Assembly (NCBI GenBank): GCA_020058765.1
Contig: JAGVDM010000003.1
Span: forward strand, 52,019-116,018
Length of the DNA: 64,000 nucleotides
Origin: Candidatus Peribacterales bacterium
GTDB taxonomy: Bacteria > Patescibacteriota > Gracilibacteria > Peribacterales > Peribacteraceae
Direction of reading: 5' to 3'
Shown: positions 17,555 to 26,161 of the stretch, piece by piece
How the letters are laid out: each line of letters begins with the position of its first letter
Position numbering within the stretch: the stretch's first letter is position 1
Program-made: the position numbers and the translations under genes
The notes under the pieces: model-generated
Database searches by the model: none
What the model was told of the DNA's origin: nothing
What the model saw: the letters and a program-made list of their open reading frames with translations, nothing else

Positions 17555-18124
17555 ATGGGCTCCATGAATGTGACGCTCAGCTGGGACCTGGTGGTGATTG
17601 TGTTCTTCGGGGTGATCATGAGTTACAGCTTCATCATCGGGAAGCATGAATCGGTGAAGATCATTGTGTTTACCTATATAGCAATCGTGGCCGGGCTCGC
17701 CACGGGCAATGTGCTCACGCGGCTCTCGGCCAATTCCCAGCCGCTGCTGTCGTCCTTTGGATTGGTGCTTAATATTACGGTGCTCGACAGCACGAAGCTC
17801 CTCATCTTTATAGGCACCATCATTCTGCTCGCCATCCGCGGCGGGTTCGATGTTGCCTACGGCAACGATGACAGCGGCATCACGAATACCATTCTCACGG
17901 GACTCTTTGGATTTGTAACAGCAGGCTTGCTGCTCACCACACTCCTCACGTTCGTTGCGGGAGGGCAACTCCTATCGCCCGCACTCTCCACTGCACCGAA
18001 CCTCGCGCCCATCTTGGCACAGAGCCAGCTCATGCAGGCCATGGTGCTGTACCAAGACCTGTGGTTTGTACTCCCGGCAGCATTGCTCGTGACCGTGGGT
18101 ATTGTGAGTGGGAGCAAGGAGTAG
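17555..18124 (+). CDS. Polytopic membrane protein (CvpA-like, tentative)
   Basis: About five hydrophobic helices. The ATG at 17555 was chosen within the longer ORF. Confidence 0.55.
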   Translation: MGSMNVTLSWDLVVIVFFGVIMSYSFIIGKHESVKIIVFTYIAIVAGLATGNVLTRLSANSQPLLSSFGLVLNITVLDSTKLLIFIGTIILLAIRGGFDVAYGNDDSGITNTILTGLFGFVTAGLLLTTLLTFVAGGQLLSPALSTAPNLAPILAQSQLMQAMVLYQDLWFVLPAALLVTVGIVSGSKE

Positions 18125-18253
18125 GGAAAATAGTCTACTGCGAAACAAAAGACACAATGCGGTCAAGTTCCATTGGATGCCACGAGCATTGCGCGGCTTG
18201 CAAAGCACTCATCGACCGCGTAACAATAGCGGTTGTTCTTCCTCTCTTTGCAC

Positions 18254-18604
18254 ATGAAGCTCTCCATCTCTCGTATTGCTACTTGGGTCTCCTCTGCCCC
18301 GATGCTCGCACTTGCCAGCGCACAGAATGCGCTCGCAGTGGACTTTGGTGAAATCCCAGATACGGGAGGCGGCGGCGACATTCACCAGGCTATTACCGAC
18401 GTTATCTTCGGTATTCTCACCTTCCTCGGCATCATCGCGGTGCTCGTGATCGTGGTTGCCGGTATTCGCCTCATCGTTGGCGGTGCAGACGAAGGTCAGC
18501 GCGAGAAGGCTCGCAACATGGTGCTCTACGCAATCATTGGTCTTATCCTCATCCTGCTTGCCGGTGCGATCGTGCAGTGGGTACAGGACACGTTCGTCGG
18601 GTAA
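18254..18604 (+). CDS. VirB2/TrbC-like type IV secretion pilin (orphan copy)
   Basis: Signal peptide ...ALASA, then a TM helix, the loop GGADEGQREKARN, and a second TM helix. This is the same architecture as the three genes at 62.5-63.9 kb. Confidence 0.6.
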   Translation: MKLSISRIATWVSSAPMLALASAQNALAVDFGEIPDTGGGGDIHQAITDVIFGILTFLGIIAVLVIVVAGIRLIVGGADEGQREKARNMVLYAIIGLILILLAGAIVQWVQDTFVG

Positions 18605-18625
18605 GAGATCCACATCGTCATTCAA

Positions 18626-18650
18626 AAGAGCCCCGCAACCCGGGGCTCTT
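18626..18650. terminator. Bidirectional hairpin terminator
   Basis: AAGAGCCCCG-caacc-CGGGGCTCTT followed by TT, lying between convergent genes. Confidence 0.6.
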
Positions 18651-18664
18651 TTCGTACAGAGTGT

Positions 18665-19222
18665 TTACGCCGGTTCCTGCGTGACCGGCCCAATCTCTGG
18701 AATACTCGGCAGGATCTCTACAGGAAGAGTTGGTGCTTCTTCTACAGGAACTGGCACAGGCGGATCACGCACGATGATCGCCTTGGGTGTAATTTCCACC
18801 ACGTCAGAGAGTGCAATGGGCACACCCCATCGCCACCATCGGCGAGGAAAGAGCCATTCGCTGCGCATGGAATCGGTATTGAACTGCACGTCTCTACATA
18901 CGCCCAGTATGCGGCCACTCTCCGTACGTATGGTCTGCCCCAGCACCGTGCGCGGATCATCCAGGAATGCGGCAAGACGGATGCGCTCTTCGAGTGGGTA
19001 CACGGCATCCGGGTCACGCACGTGCACTTGTGTCCCCCACCGGAGAATATCGTCTGCAGCCAGGAACGGCGTGCCGTCATCTATGGGCGCATTCACAATG
19101 CAGAAGCCCTCAACACGGCCTGTATCCGGGTGGATGAGTATTCGGGCGATCTGCCCAAGGGTTTCATCGACTGCATCGCAGACGACGGGGGTGCCGATAC
19201 AGGTGGAGAAACGGACGCGCAT
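18665..19222 (-). CDS. PRC-barrel domain protein (two copies)
   Basis: G.V.D...G.LG.V.D-type PRC patterns occur twice. I prefer the ATG at 19222 over the GTG at 19276, which would overlap prs. Confidence 0.55.
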   Translation of the reverse strand: MRVRFSTCIGTPVVCDAVDETLGQIARILIHPDTGRVEGFCIVNAPIDDGTPFLAADDILRWGTQVHVRDPDAVYPLEERIRLAAFLDDPRTVLGQTIRTESGRILGVCRDVQFNTDSMRSEWLFPRRWWRWGVPIALSDVVEITPKAIIVRDPPVPVPVEEAPTLPVEILPSIPEIGPVTQEPA

Positions 19223-19242
19223 TCGGTATACTAGTAGTGTAC

Positions 19243-20169
19243 ATGCAACTCTTCGCAGGATCTTCCCATCCGGCACTGGCGACCGCGCTCGCAGAGGCCT
19301 TGGGCGCTACGCAGGGGAAAATTGAGCTCAAAACCTTCAGCTGCGGCGAGCAGTATGTGAAGTTTGGCGAGTCTGTACGCGGCAAAGACGTCTACATTCT
19401 GCAAACGGCGACCCGCAACCCCGATCAAGATCTGATGCAGCTCTTCTTGATGTGCCAAGCGGCAAAGCTGAGTTTTGCGGAATCGGTACACGTGATTGTG
19501 CCCTACTTCCCGTACGCACGGCAGGATCGTGTAGCCGAGCCGCGCGAACCGATCTCCGCCAAGCTCGCAGCACATTTGCTGGAGCGCTCTGGTGCAGACC
19601 ACGTGATTACGCTCGACCTACACTCCAGCCAGATCCAGGGCTTCTTTTCCATCCCTGTAGATGCACTGGAAGCTCGCACGATTTTCGCGGACTACTTCCG
19701 TAAGAAGAAGCTCAAAAACCCCGTGATCGTTGCCCCGGATGTGGGCGGAGCCAAGCGCACCAAGAAGTTTGCCGATCTGCTAGGTGCCGATCTGGCGATC
19801 TTGCACAAGACCCGCCCAGAACATCAGAAGTCTGAAATTGTAGAAGTGGTAGGAAATATTGAGGGGCGCACCTGCATTTTATTCGATGACATGATCGACA
19901 CCGCAGGCAGCCTGCTCTCTGCCAAACGTGCATTGGAGCAGCGTGGAGCGAGTGGGGAAATTTACGCTGCGGCAACGCACGCGATCCTCTCGGGTAATGC
20001 AGAAAAGAACCTCAAAGAAGCCGGGTTTACAGAGATCGTGGTTACAGACAGCGTCCCCGTGGATCACTCCATTGCCAAGATGACGGTGCTCCCTATTGCA
20101 CCCCTGCTTGCCCGAGTGGTCACGCATATCGAACGTCGCGAGAGCGTGACGGAAATCTACGAGAATTGA
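19243..20169 (+). CDS. prs: Ribose-phosphate pyrophosphokinase
   Basis: MQLFAGSSHP..., PYFPYARQDR and the PRPP loop DDMIDTAGS are present. Confidence 0.93.
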   Translation: MQLFAGSSHPALATALAEALGATQGKIELKTFSCGEQYVKFGESVRGKDVYILQTATRNPDQDLMQLFLMCQAAKLSFAESVHVIVPYFPYARQDRVAEPREPISAKLAAHLLERSGADHVITLDLHSSQIQGFFSIPVDALEARTIFADYFRKKKLKNPVIVAPDVGGAKRTKKFADLLGADLAILHKTRPEHQKSEIVEVVGNIEGRTCILFDDMIDTAGSLLSAKRALEQRGASGEIYAAATHAILSGNAEKNLKEAGFTEIVVTDSVPVDHSIAKMTVLPIAPLLARVVTHIERRESVTEIYEN

Positions 20170-20240
20170 GAGCACTGAAACCTGCAATCTGGTTTACTGA
20201 CGGAAGTTTGCTACACTTTCGCCAATTTCCCCCTTTTTTC

Positions 20241-20813
20241 ATGTTGAAACGTTCCGTACCGGCAATGATTGCCGCCACGTCCCTGCTGCTCACTGCAGCA
20301 CCAGCTGCAATGGCAGCAAGCACATGCGACACGCTCACGGGTCGCGAGCAGATGCGCTGCGAAATCGCACAGACGCGCCTGAATCGTAATCATCTGCGCT
20401 CTACGCAGGCAGAGGAGCGCTCATCCTTCCGCAGCTCCGCAAAGCAGCGCGTGATGGAGTCCACTCCTGGTGAAGCACGCAGCACCACGGTACGCGACCT
20501 CGGCAACGAGCGCCGCGCACTGCAGCGCATGCACCGCAACCAGCGCAAGACGTTCATCAATGAACTGCGCTCTGATCGTCGTGACTTGATGGAGAATGTC
20601 CGCAACACGCGCCGCGCACAGAAAGAGAACTTCCGCCTGCAGGTAAAAGAGCGCAAAGAGCTCATGCGCTCCACGCTCCAGAAGCGTGCTGCCGTACAGG
20701 AACCAGAAGTGGAAGTAGAGACCGAGGTTGAGACAGAAGTGGAAGTAGAGACCGAGGTTGAGACCGAAACGGAGGTCGAAACCGAGACCGAAACGGAGGA
20801 AAGCGCAGAGTAA
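20241..20813 (+). CDS. Secreted basic coiled-coil protein with an acidic (E-V/T)n repeat tail
   Basis: Signal peptide MLKRSVPAMIAATSLLLTAAPAAMA, an R/K-rich helical middle, and the C-terminal EVEVETEVETEVEVETEVETETEVETETETEE. Confidence 0.65.
   Translation: MLKRSVPAMIAATSLLLTAAPAAMAASTCDTLTGREQMRCEIAQTRLNRNHLRSTQAEERSSFRSSAKQRVMESTPGEARSTTVRDLGNERRALQRMHRNQRKTFINELRSDRRDLMENVRNTRRAQKENFRLQVKERKELMRSTLQKRAAVQEPEVEVETEVETEVEVETEVETETEVETETETEESAE
20706..20800 (+). repeat. Coding tandem repeat (two exact 30-nt units plus degenerate copies)
   Basis: gaagtggaagtagagaccgaggttgagaca occurs at 20706 and again at 20736 (29/30 identical, last base a vs c), followed by degenerate GAA/ACN/GAG units. 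Confidence 0.8.
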
Positions 20814-20833
20814 TCGACTCTGTATTGCAAAAA

Positions 20834-20860
20834 GGCGGGGTCAGAGACCCCGCCTTTTTT
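20834..20860 (+). terminator. Rho-independent terminator
   Basis: GGCGGGGTC-aga-GACCCCGCC followed by TTTTTT. Confidence 0.85.
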
Positions 20861-20960
20861 GTACCAGTTCGCGCAGGAGACGATTGACGCAGTGCACCCG
20901 ATTCGTATGATGGACGCGACGTGCAGGCTCCCGCCTGCGCGTGGTGCTCATTGCATGAAC

Positions 20961-21067
20961 GGGCGATGAGCTCAGCTGGGTCGAGTGCCGCTTGCGGCAC
21001 GAGCCATAAAGAAAAGATGCGACACTGTCGCGCTCACGCTGGGCAATCACACTATCATTCACAACAC
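20961..21067 (+). other. tRNA-Ile 5'-half mimic / leader module, copy 1
   Basis: GGGCGATGAGCTCAGCTGG matches tRNA-Ile nt 1-19 at 18/19 positions. It is followed by the hairpin GTGCCG-CTTG-CGGCAC (20985-21000), the A-rich tract, and the mini-hairpin GCGAC-ACT-GTCGC. The last 42 nt are identical to copy 2. Confidence 0.6.
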
Positions 21068-21173
21068 GGGCGATTAGCTCAGCTGGGCCGAGGATTCTCT
21101 AGAGAATCCGAGCCATAAAAAGAACGCGATCTGTCGCGCTCACGCTGGGCAATCACACTATCATTCACAACAC
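21068..21173 (+). other. tRNA-Ile 5'-half mimic / leader module, copy 2
   Basis: GGGCGATTAGCTCAGCTGG matches 19/19. Its hairpin is GGATTCTC-TA-GAGAATCC (21092-21109), a completely different sequence that is still self-complementary. Confidence 0.6.
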
Positions 21174-21250
21174 GGGCGATTAGCTCAGCTGGTTAGAGCG
21201 CGACACTGATAATGTCGAGGTCCGCAGTTCAAGTCTGCGATCGCCCACCA
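21174..21250 (+). tRNA. tRNA-Ile (anticodon GAT), CCA encoded
   Basis: Hand-folded: GGGCGAT/ATCGCCC acceptor, anticodon arm CGACA-CTGATAA-TGTCG, T arm CGCAG-TTCAAGT-CTGCG. Confidence 0.95.
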
Positions 21251-21307
21251 TTCCATCTCCGGATTGCCCGGTATGTTTTTGACAAATCAATATATACAGT
21301 ATGAAAT

Positions 21308-22036
21308 ATGCTTCAAAATATGGATATCCCCTCCGCATTCTCGGAAGAAGAACAGAAGAAAGCGACTGCTGCCGCGGAATTCCTGCGCATGAATGCCGAG
21401 GATGCGCTGCGCGATTTTGAGGAGAGCAGCGGTGCCACCGATGAAGATCGCACGTTCAAAACATCGTTCATCACACTCATCGATACCTATTGTGCGGATC
21501 CGGAGTTGGCCGAGGGTCAGGTGTCACGATTTCTCTCGATGCTGCCAAAGAGCGGCAACAGGATAGCCAATGCCTTCGTTGCACATGCCATCCTCCTCAC
21601 GACCCGCAATGCGCTACGAGAGAAGGTAGGCATAGAGATCGACATGGTGGAAGAAGCAGAGCGCGGCAAAGAGCAGGGCAGGGATGTGCGCGATGCATCT
21701 ATTCGCGAGAGTGCGGGCTACACCAATGATGGTGACGTTGCAGAGAGTGCACTCACCGATGCAGCGCAGGAGCAGAACATTACCGATAACGACATTGGCG
21801 AAAGCGCTGCAGAAGACGTGTCCTACGTTGATCGGGTGAAATACATCTCCCCTGCCATGACATTCCTACGCCAAACCCGCAGGCTCGCCGAGGGCATCTG
21901 TAATCACTGCGCCGCAGACGCAGCACTCCTGCAGCGGGCAGCACTCACCCCGCAGGAAGAAAACCCATCAATATTGCAGCGACACATTCAACGGCTCATG
22001 GCACAGGTAGAACCTGTGCGCGACGAAGATAAATAG
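21308..22036 (+). CDS. Hypothetical acidic protein
   Basis: 242-aa ORF with no recognisable motif. Confidence 0.55.
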   Translation: MLQNMDIPSAFSEEEQKKATAAAEFLRMNAEDALRDFEESSGATDEDRTFKTSFITLIDTYCADPELAEGQVSRFLSMLPKSGNRIANAFVAHAILLTTRNALREKVGIEIDMVEEAERGKEQGRDVRDASIRESAGYTNDGDVAESALTDAAQEQNITDNDIGESAAEDVSYVDRVKYISPAMTFLRQTRRLAEGICNHCAADAALLQRAALTPQEENPSILQRHIQRLMAQVEPVRDEDK

Positions 22037-22041
22037 CTACC

Positions 22042-23673
22042 TTACGTATCCGAACGAGCCCACGCCATGAACTGCTCCAATGGCAGCTCGTAGAGGTACT
22101 CCGTTCCTGCTTCTACAACAGAACGAACTGTGCGACGCTCAACATCGATCGTGAAAGAGAACGTACGATCACGTGTTGGTGTGCTGATCACGATTTTCCG
22201 TACATCCGCTGTGGTATCCCCGGTAATGCTCACCTCTGTGGTGAGCGTGAACATCGCTCCTGCCTCTGCGAGTAGTGCAAGAACCTTCGCCTCCACCTCT
22301 GCATCGGGCACTGTTCTTTCGGCGAGCTGTTCGGGCGCAGTGGATACCCCCGGCTTGGCAGATTCAGATGGCTCCACAGGTGGCGCGATATCCTGCATCT
22401 GCACCGGCGCAGTGCTGACCGCATCCAATCGCTGCCAACGATCCAGTATGGCAAGCGATGCCGGATCCAGCGCCCGCACATGCGTACTAACCACATCGAT
22501 TGCCCTGGCTGCCAATGCATGTGCGCGCTCTGGGTATTCCATAGCCATGAGCGCTTCTATGTGGCCATCCATTTGGTGCACAAACGGCTCCAGGAGCACA
22601 AGCGGATCAGCAGTATCGAGGAGTGTATCTGCTGCACGCTCGGCCCAGCGTCGCAGCGCCATGTCGCCCAACGGATCGGAGCGAACATCAGCACCAGGGA
22701 GCATGAGCGTATCAATGAGGAGTGCGTCTCCTGTGAGGAGCGGTTCAGCGAACACGCCTGTCACTGCGCTCACCCGTGGGTGGAGCGTGCACAGGAGCCA
22801 GAGATCTGGATTGCGTGCGAGAGCCGCGGCAAGAGGAGCTGCACTATCCGCATGATCAGCGGACTGTAGCAGCAACCCAGCAAGTGCCTGCTGTACATCT
22901 GGCAAATGGAGTGATGCCGCCAAAATCCCCTGCTGCAATTGTTCTGTAACCGTATCGCTGCGCCGTGCGTCTACGGCAGCAGCAAGATTGCGTAAGGCGT
23001 CCTGCCGATGCGCATTGTCTGTACGCTCACGAGCGCCAGGGAGCAGCGGCACCGAGGACGGAAGGAGTAACGAAAGACCGCCGCTCGATTGCACATGCGG
23101 CTCGGCAGCTACCGGGAGCAACGCACTATTGTGTACCTGTTCCTGCAGCGTGGAACGAGGGATCGCGCTCGTTTCTCGTGCACGCAGCCAAATCGGCAGA
23201 CCTGCACCCTCGGATGGAAGAGGAGACCCATCACTCCGCCATTGCCTTCCTGGTGCCACGAGCACGCGCTTCTCGTGTATGGAGACGAGTGCGGGTGTGG
23301 AAATCGCTGCTACCACAATGGCATCGTCGTACCGCGTGAGGTGCACAAGGCCATCGAGCGCCTGCACCGTACGACCATTGCCGAGTGATACATGCAGCAA
23401 CCCATCTGCAGCGAACAAGCCAGAACCGTCGTAGAGCTCGGGGGTGCCTTCGTGCATTTCTACTGTTGCTCCATCGTAGAGGAGCGCACGTTGACCACCC
23501 GGGAGCGGTAGTGCCCAAAGATCTTCGAGGATCTCCACCGACCGTGGAGGCTGTGCATCTGCACCAAGCAATGCCCCGCGCAGGGCACCGTGTGCCGTGG
23601 GGAGCAACACCGCGAGTGCAAACAACGGAATTGCCACGAAGTGCCGGTGTGAACGTGGGCGTTTCTCAGACAT
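22042..23673 (-). CDS. Hypothetical secreted / membrane-anchored protein
   Basis: 543-aa ORF with the N-terminal anchor FVAIPLFALAVLLPTAHG. The family is not recognised. Confidence 0.6.
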   Translation of the reverse strand: MSEKRPRSHRHFVAIPLFALAVLLPTAHGALRGALLGADAQPPRSVEILEDLWALPLPGGQRALLYDGATVEMHEGTPELYDGSGLFAADGLLHVSLGNGRTVQALDGLVHLTRYDDAIVVAAISTPALVSIHEKRVLVAPGRQWRSDGSPLPSEGAGLPIWLRARETSAIPRSTLQEQVHNSALLPVAAEPHVQSSGGLSLLLPSSVPLLPGARERTDNAHRQDALRNLAAAVDARRSDTVTEQLQQGILAASLHLPDVQQALAGLLLQSADHADSAAPLAAALARNPDLWLLCTLHPRVSAVTGVFAEPLLTGDALLIDTLMLPGADVRSDPLGDMALRRWAERAADTLLDTADPLVLLEPFVHQMDGHIEALMAMEYPERAHALAARAIDVVSTHVRALDPASLAILDRWQRLDAVSTAPVQMQDIAPPVEPSESAKPGVSTAPEQLAERTVPDAEVEAKVLALLAEAGAMFTLTTEVSITGDTTADVRKIVISTPTRDRTFSFTIDVERRTVRSVVEAGTEYLYELPLEQFMAWARSDT

Positions 23674-23768
23674 AGAATGTGTGTTTTTCCTCTAATTGTA
23701 GCAAAAAAACGCATTTCCGGCAATTCGCCATACTTGCCGAAATCTTTGAAAAGTTGCACGATGAATGT

Positions 23769-24257
23769 GTGCGAATTCTCGGCATCGACCCCGGCGTAGC
23801 AACTATAGGTATTGGGCTTCTGGATGCCAAAAGTCCGCAGAATTTCGGTACACCGGAATGGCTGACCATTGAGACGAAGCCGGGGGTACCCCTAGGCGAT
23901 CGGCTGGCCGAAATCGCCAAGGACTTCGCCGAACTACTGGACACCTATGCCCCCGAATACGCGGTGATGGAGCGCGTGTACTTCTCGGTGAATGAGAAGT
24001 CTGCCATAGAGGTGGCGCATGCCCGCGGCGTGCTCTTGCAGCAGCTGGCCTCGCGCGGCGTGCCCGTGCTTGAGCCAAACCCCATGCAACTCAAGCATGC
24101 CATTACCGGAGACGGGAATGCGGACAAACGCCAGATACAGGAAATGCTCATGCGCATGTTCACACTCGAAAGCCCGCCGCGACCCGACGATGCGGCAGAC
24201 GCGCTGGCGCTGGCGGTGTATGGCGCACTCCATGCGCCCATGCAGGCGCTGCGCTAA
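23769..24257 (+). CDS. ruvC: Holliday junction resolvase RuvC
   Basis: RILGIDPGVATIGIG, ERVYF and DAADALALA are present. The start is set at the GTG at 23769 and is uncertain; the ORF opens at 23679. Confidence 0.85.
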   Translation: MRILGIDPGVATIGIGLLDAKSPQNFGTPEWLTIETKPGVPLGDRLAEIAKDFAELLDTYAPEYAVMERVYFSVNEKSAIEVAHARGVLLQQLASRGVPVLEPNPMQLKHAITGDGNADKRQIQEMLMRMFTLESPPRPDDAADALALAVYGALHAPMQALR

Positions 24258-25372
24258 GCCACAGTACTCATGCGCTCCACCATCCCCTCTTGCACCGAGA
24301 GCAGCTGTGCGCCGTGCAATTGATCGGGCACGTGCGTGCTCGTGATGAACACTTGGTGCTCGCTCACGCTCTGCAGCAGTGCCTCTTGATGGGCAGTATC
24401 CAGTTCCGAGAAGACGTCATCGAGCAGCAGAAGCGGCCGTTCACCACGACGCAGTTCCAGGTACGACACCTGCAAGAATACGAGTGCCAGCACTGCGGCA
24501 CGCTGCTGCCCGCGAGAAGCGAAGCTCGGCAACGATCGACCATCGGCAAGTAGCTTCCAGTCATCACGGTGCGGCCCCACCGTTGTTGCCTGCAGTAGCA
24601 CGTCGCGATCACGCTGACGGCGGAGGAGATCGGTAAGTTCTACGGTGAGATCTGCAGGAGTACGTGCCTCGCCTTTGCGTTCGTAGGAAAGGTGCACTTC
24701 CTGCCACGTTTCCCCGAGTGCCGTGAGCTCTTCGGCCAACGTGCATTGCAGCACTTCAATGAGCTCCAGACGCTGCAACGTTACCTCGGCTCCAGCAAGT
24801 GCGAGTTGCCCATCCCACAGATCCAGTACGGCGGGGTCTGCTCTGCGTTGCGCAATCTCTTTGAGGAGGCTGTTTCGCTGCTTGAGCGTACGGGCATACT
24901 GCGAAAGTGCAGTGAGGTACTGCGGTGACACCTGGCACAGCAGCTGATCGAGGAATTGCCGACGTCGCTGCGGCGGGCCAGAGAAGAGGCTTAAATCCTG
25001 CGGAAGGAAGAGCACGGTAGGGAGCAGCCCCACCACATCGCTGATCGGCAGCGCCACATCGTTGCGGAAGCACGCCTTGCGACGGCGTGGAGCTATTTGG
25101 CACGCCACTTCCAAGCGCTGCGCGGCCTGATCTGCCCCCTGCATTTCCCCCGTAATGCGGTAATGCCCGCTCCCCCAACGAATGAGATCTTCGTCGTCGA
25201 TACCATGGCAGGATTTGGTGAGTGCAAGGAGCGAAATCGCCTCGAGGATATTGGTTTTGCCAGCGGCGTTCTCGCCCACCAGCACATGCACGTCACTCCC
25301 CGCCTGCGGGAAGCTGATATCGAGCGCATCGTACGATCGGAACTGCTCGAGAATGAGACGAGTAAGACGCAT
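24254..25372 (-). CDS. recF: DNA replication/repair protein RecF
   Basis: MRLTRLILEQFRSY, Walker A GENAAGKTN, and Walker B LLLLDDVFSELD. Confidence 0.9.
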   Translation of the reverse strand: MRLTRLILEQFRSYDALDISFPQAGSDVHVLVGENAAGKTNILEAISLLALTKSCHGIDDEDLIRWGSGHYRITGEMQGADQAAQRLEVACQIAPRRRKACFRNDVALPISDVVGLLPTVLFLPQDLSLFSGPPQRRRQFLDQLLCQVSPQYLTALSQYARTLKQRNSLLKEIAQRRADPAVLDLWDGQLALAGAEVTLQRLELIEVLQCTLAEELTALGETWQEVHLSYERKGEARTPADLTVELTDLLRRQRDRDVLLQATTVGPHRDDWKLLADGRSLPSFASRGQQRAAVLALVFLQVSYLELRRGERPLLLLDDVFSELDTAHQEALLQSVSEHQVFITSTHVPDQLHGAQLLSVQEGMVERMSTVA

Positions 25373-25381
25373 GGCAAAGAA

Positions 25382-25864
25382 TTACGCAGCGAGGTGCGTG
25401 AGGCCGTCTTTCACCACCGCCTGCGCGACTTCCAAGTACGCCTTGCGCCTGAGGAACTGTGGAAGTTGCTCGGGGAGTATCCACTGGAATCCGTCGATCT
25501 CTTTCCCGTCTACCTGCACCTGCTGCTCACCTTGGAGCAACGCCAAAATGAACTCGATGCGCTGCCCGCGAACGTGATCGGGTCGAAAGCGGCGATAGGA
25601 CGACGGGAAATCGTACTGATACACATGCGCGCTCTTGCCGAATACGTCTACCGTGAGGCTCGCTTCTTCCTGCAATTCGCGCACGGCAGCCTGCGTAATG
25701 TCTTCCCCTTGCTCGCAACCACCCTGCGGCAGCTGCCAGGAATCGTTCTTACGAGGCTTATGGAGAAGCAGAATTTCATACACCTGCCCACAGCCGTCTG
25801 GGCTACAAACATTCGTGGGCCGGAACACGGCGATGGAGGCGCAACTGCGATAGACGTCAGGCAT
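25382..25864 (-). CDS. NUDIX hydrolase
   Basis: Nudix box GGCEQGEDITQAAVRELQEEASL. Confidence 0.85.
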   Translation of the reverse strand: MPDVYRSCASIAVFRPTNVCSPDGCGQVYEILLLHKPRKNDSWQLPQGGCEQGEDITQAAVRELQEEASLTVDVFGKSAHVYQYDFPSSYRRFRPDHVRGQRIEFILALLQGEQQVQVDGKEIDGFQWILPEQLPQFLRRKAYLEVAQAVVKDGLTHLAA

Positions 25865-25904
25865 GACAAAACGATAGTACCCGCAGTTCGTCTGCAGCGC
25901 GACC

Positions 25905-26108
25905 TTACGAAGAATGACGCTCCTCCTTGAGCTTTACATCCACGCGCTTGCGCAGGCGTGGTGAGTACTTCATGAGCTTTGCTGCATGCTCCTTCCAGGC
26001 TTTACCCATTTTGTCCTGCTTGTGGAAACGCACAGACCCCAGACGGTCGCCCGTTTCGCTACAGTACACGCCGAACACTGTTCGCTTGCCTCTTGGCATA
26101 TCGGGCAA
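25905..26108 (-). CDS. rpmG: Probable ribosomal protein bL33 (cysteine-less form)
   Basis: The C-terminal KLMKYSPRLRKRVDVKLKE resembles the L33 KLELRKYCP..RKHTVHKE block. The middle of the protein is divergent. Confidence 0.45.
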   Translation of the reverse strand: MPDMPRGKRTVFGVYCSETGDRLGSVRFHKQDKMGKAWKEHAAKLMKYSPRLRKRVDVKLKEERHSS

Positions 26109-26161
26109 AGGATACGGAGGAATTGGACGGTTGCAAGTGAAAACCCGAAAATCGGGCGCAC

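Noticed and set aside
17477-17968. 164-codon N-terminal extension of the truB ORF (track ORF 16616-17968).
   Set aside because: The extension is His/Glu/Arg-rich nonsense that overlaps the divergent membrane-protein gene. The TruB homology begins right after the GTG at 17476.
20700-20810. Short tandem DNA repeats that could be mistaken for a CRISPR-like or minisatellite array.
   Set aside because: The units are contiguous with no spacers, 30 nt long, in frame, and encode the (E-V/T)n tail of the 20241-20813 protein.
21273-21310. TTGACA...TGAAAT promoter-like sequence directly upstream of the 21308 ORF, as another leaderless promoter.
   Set aside because: The spacing between the candidate -10 and the ATG (1-2 nt) does not fit a transcription start at the ATG. 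Several alternative hexamer alignments are equally poor.
25097-25930. 277-aa plus-strand ORF spanning the recF and NUDIX loci.
   Set aside because: It is antisense to two well-supported minus-strand genes.
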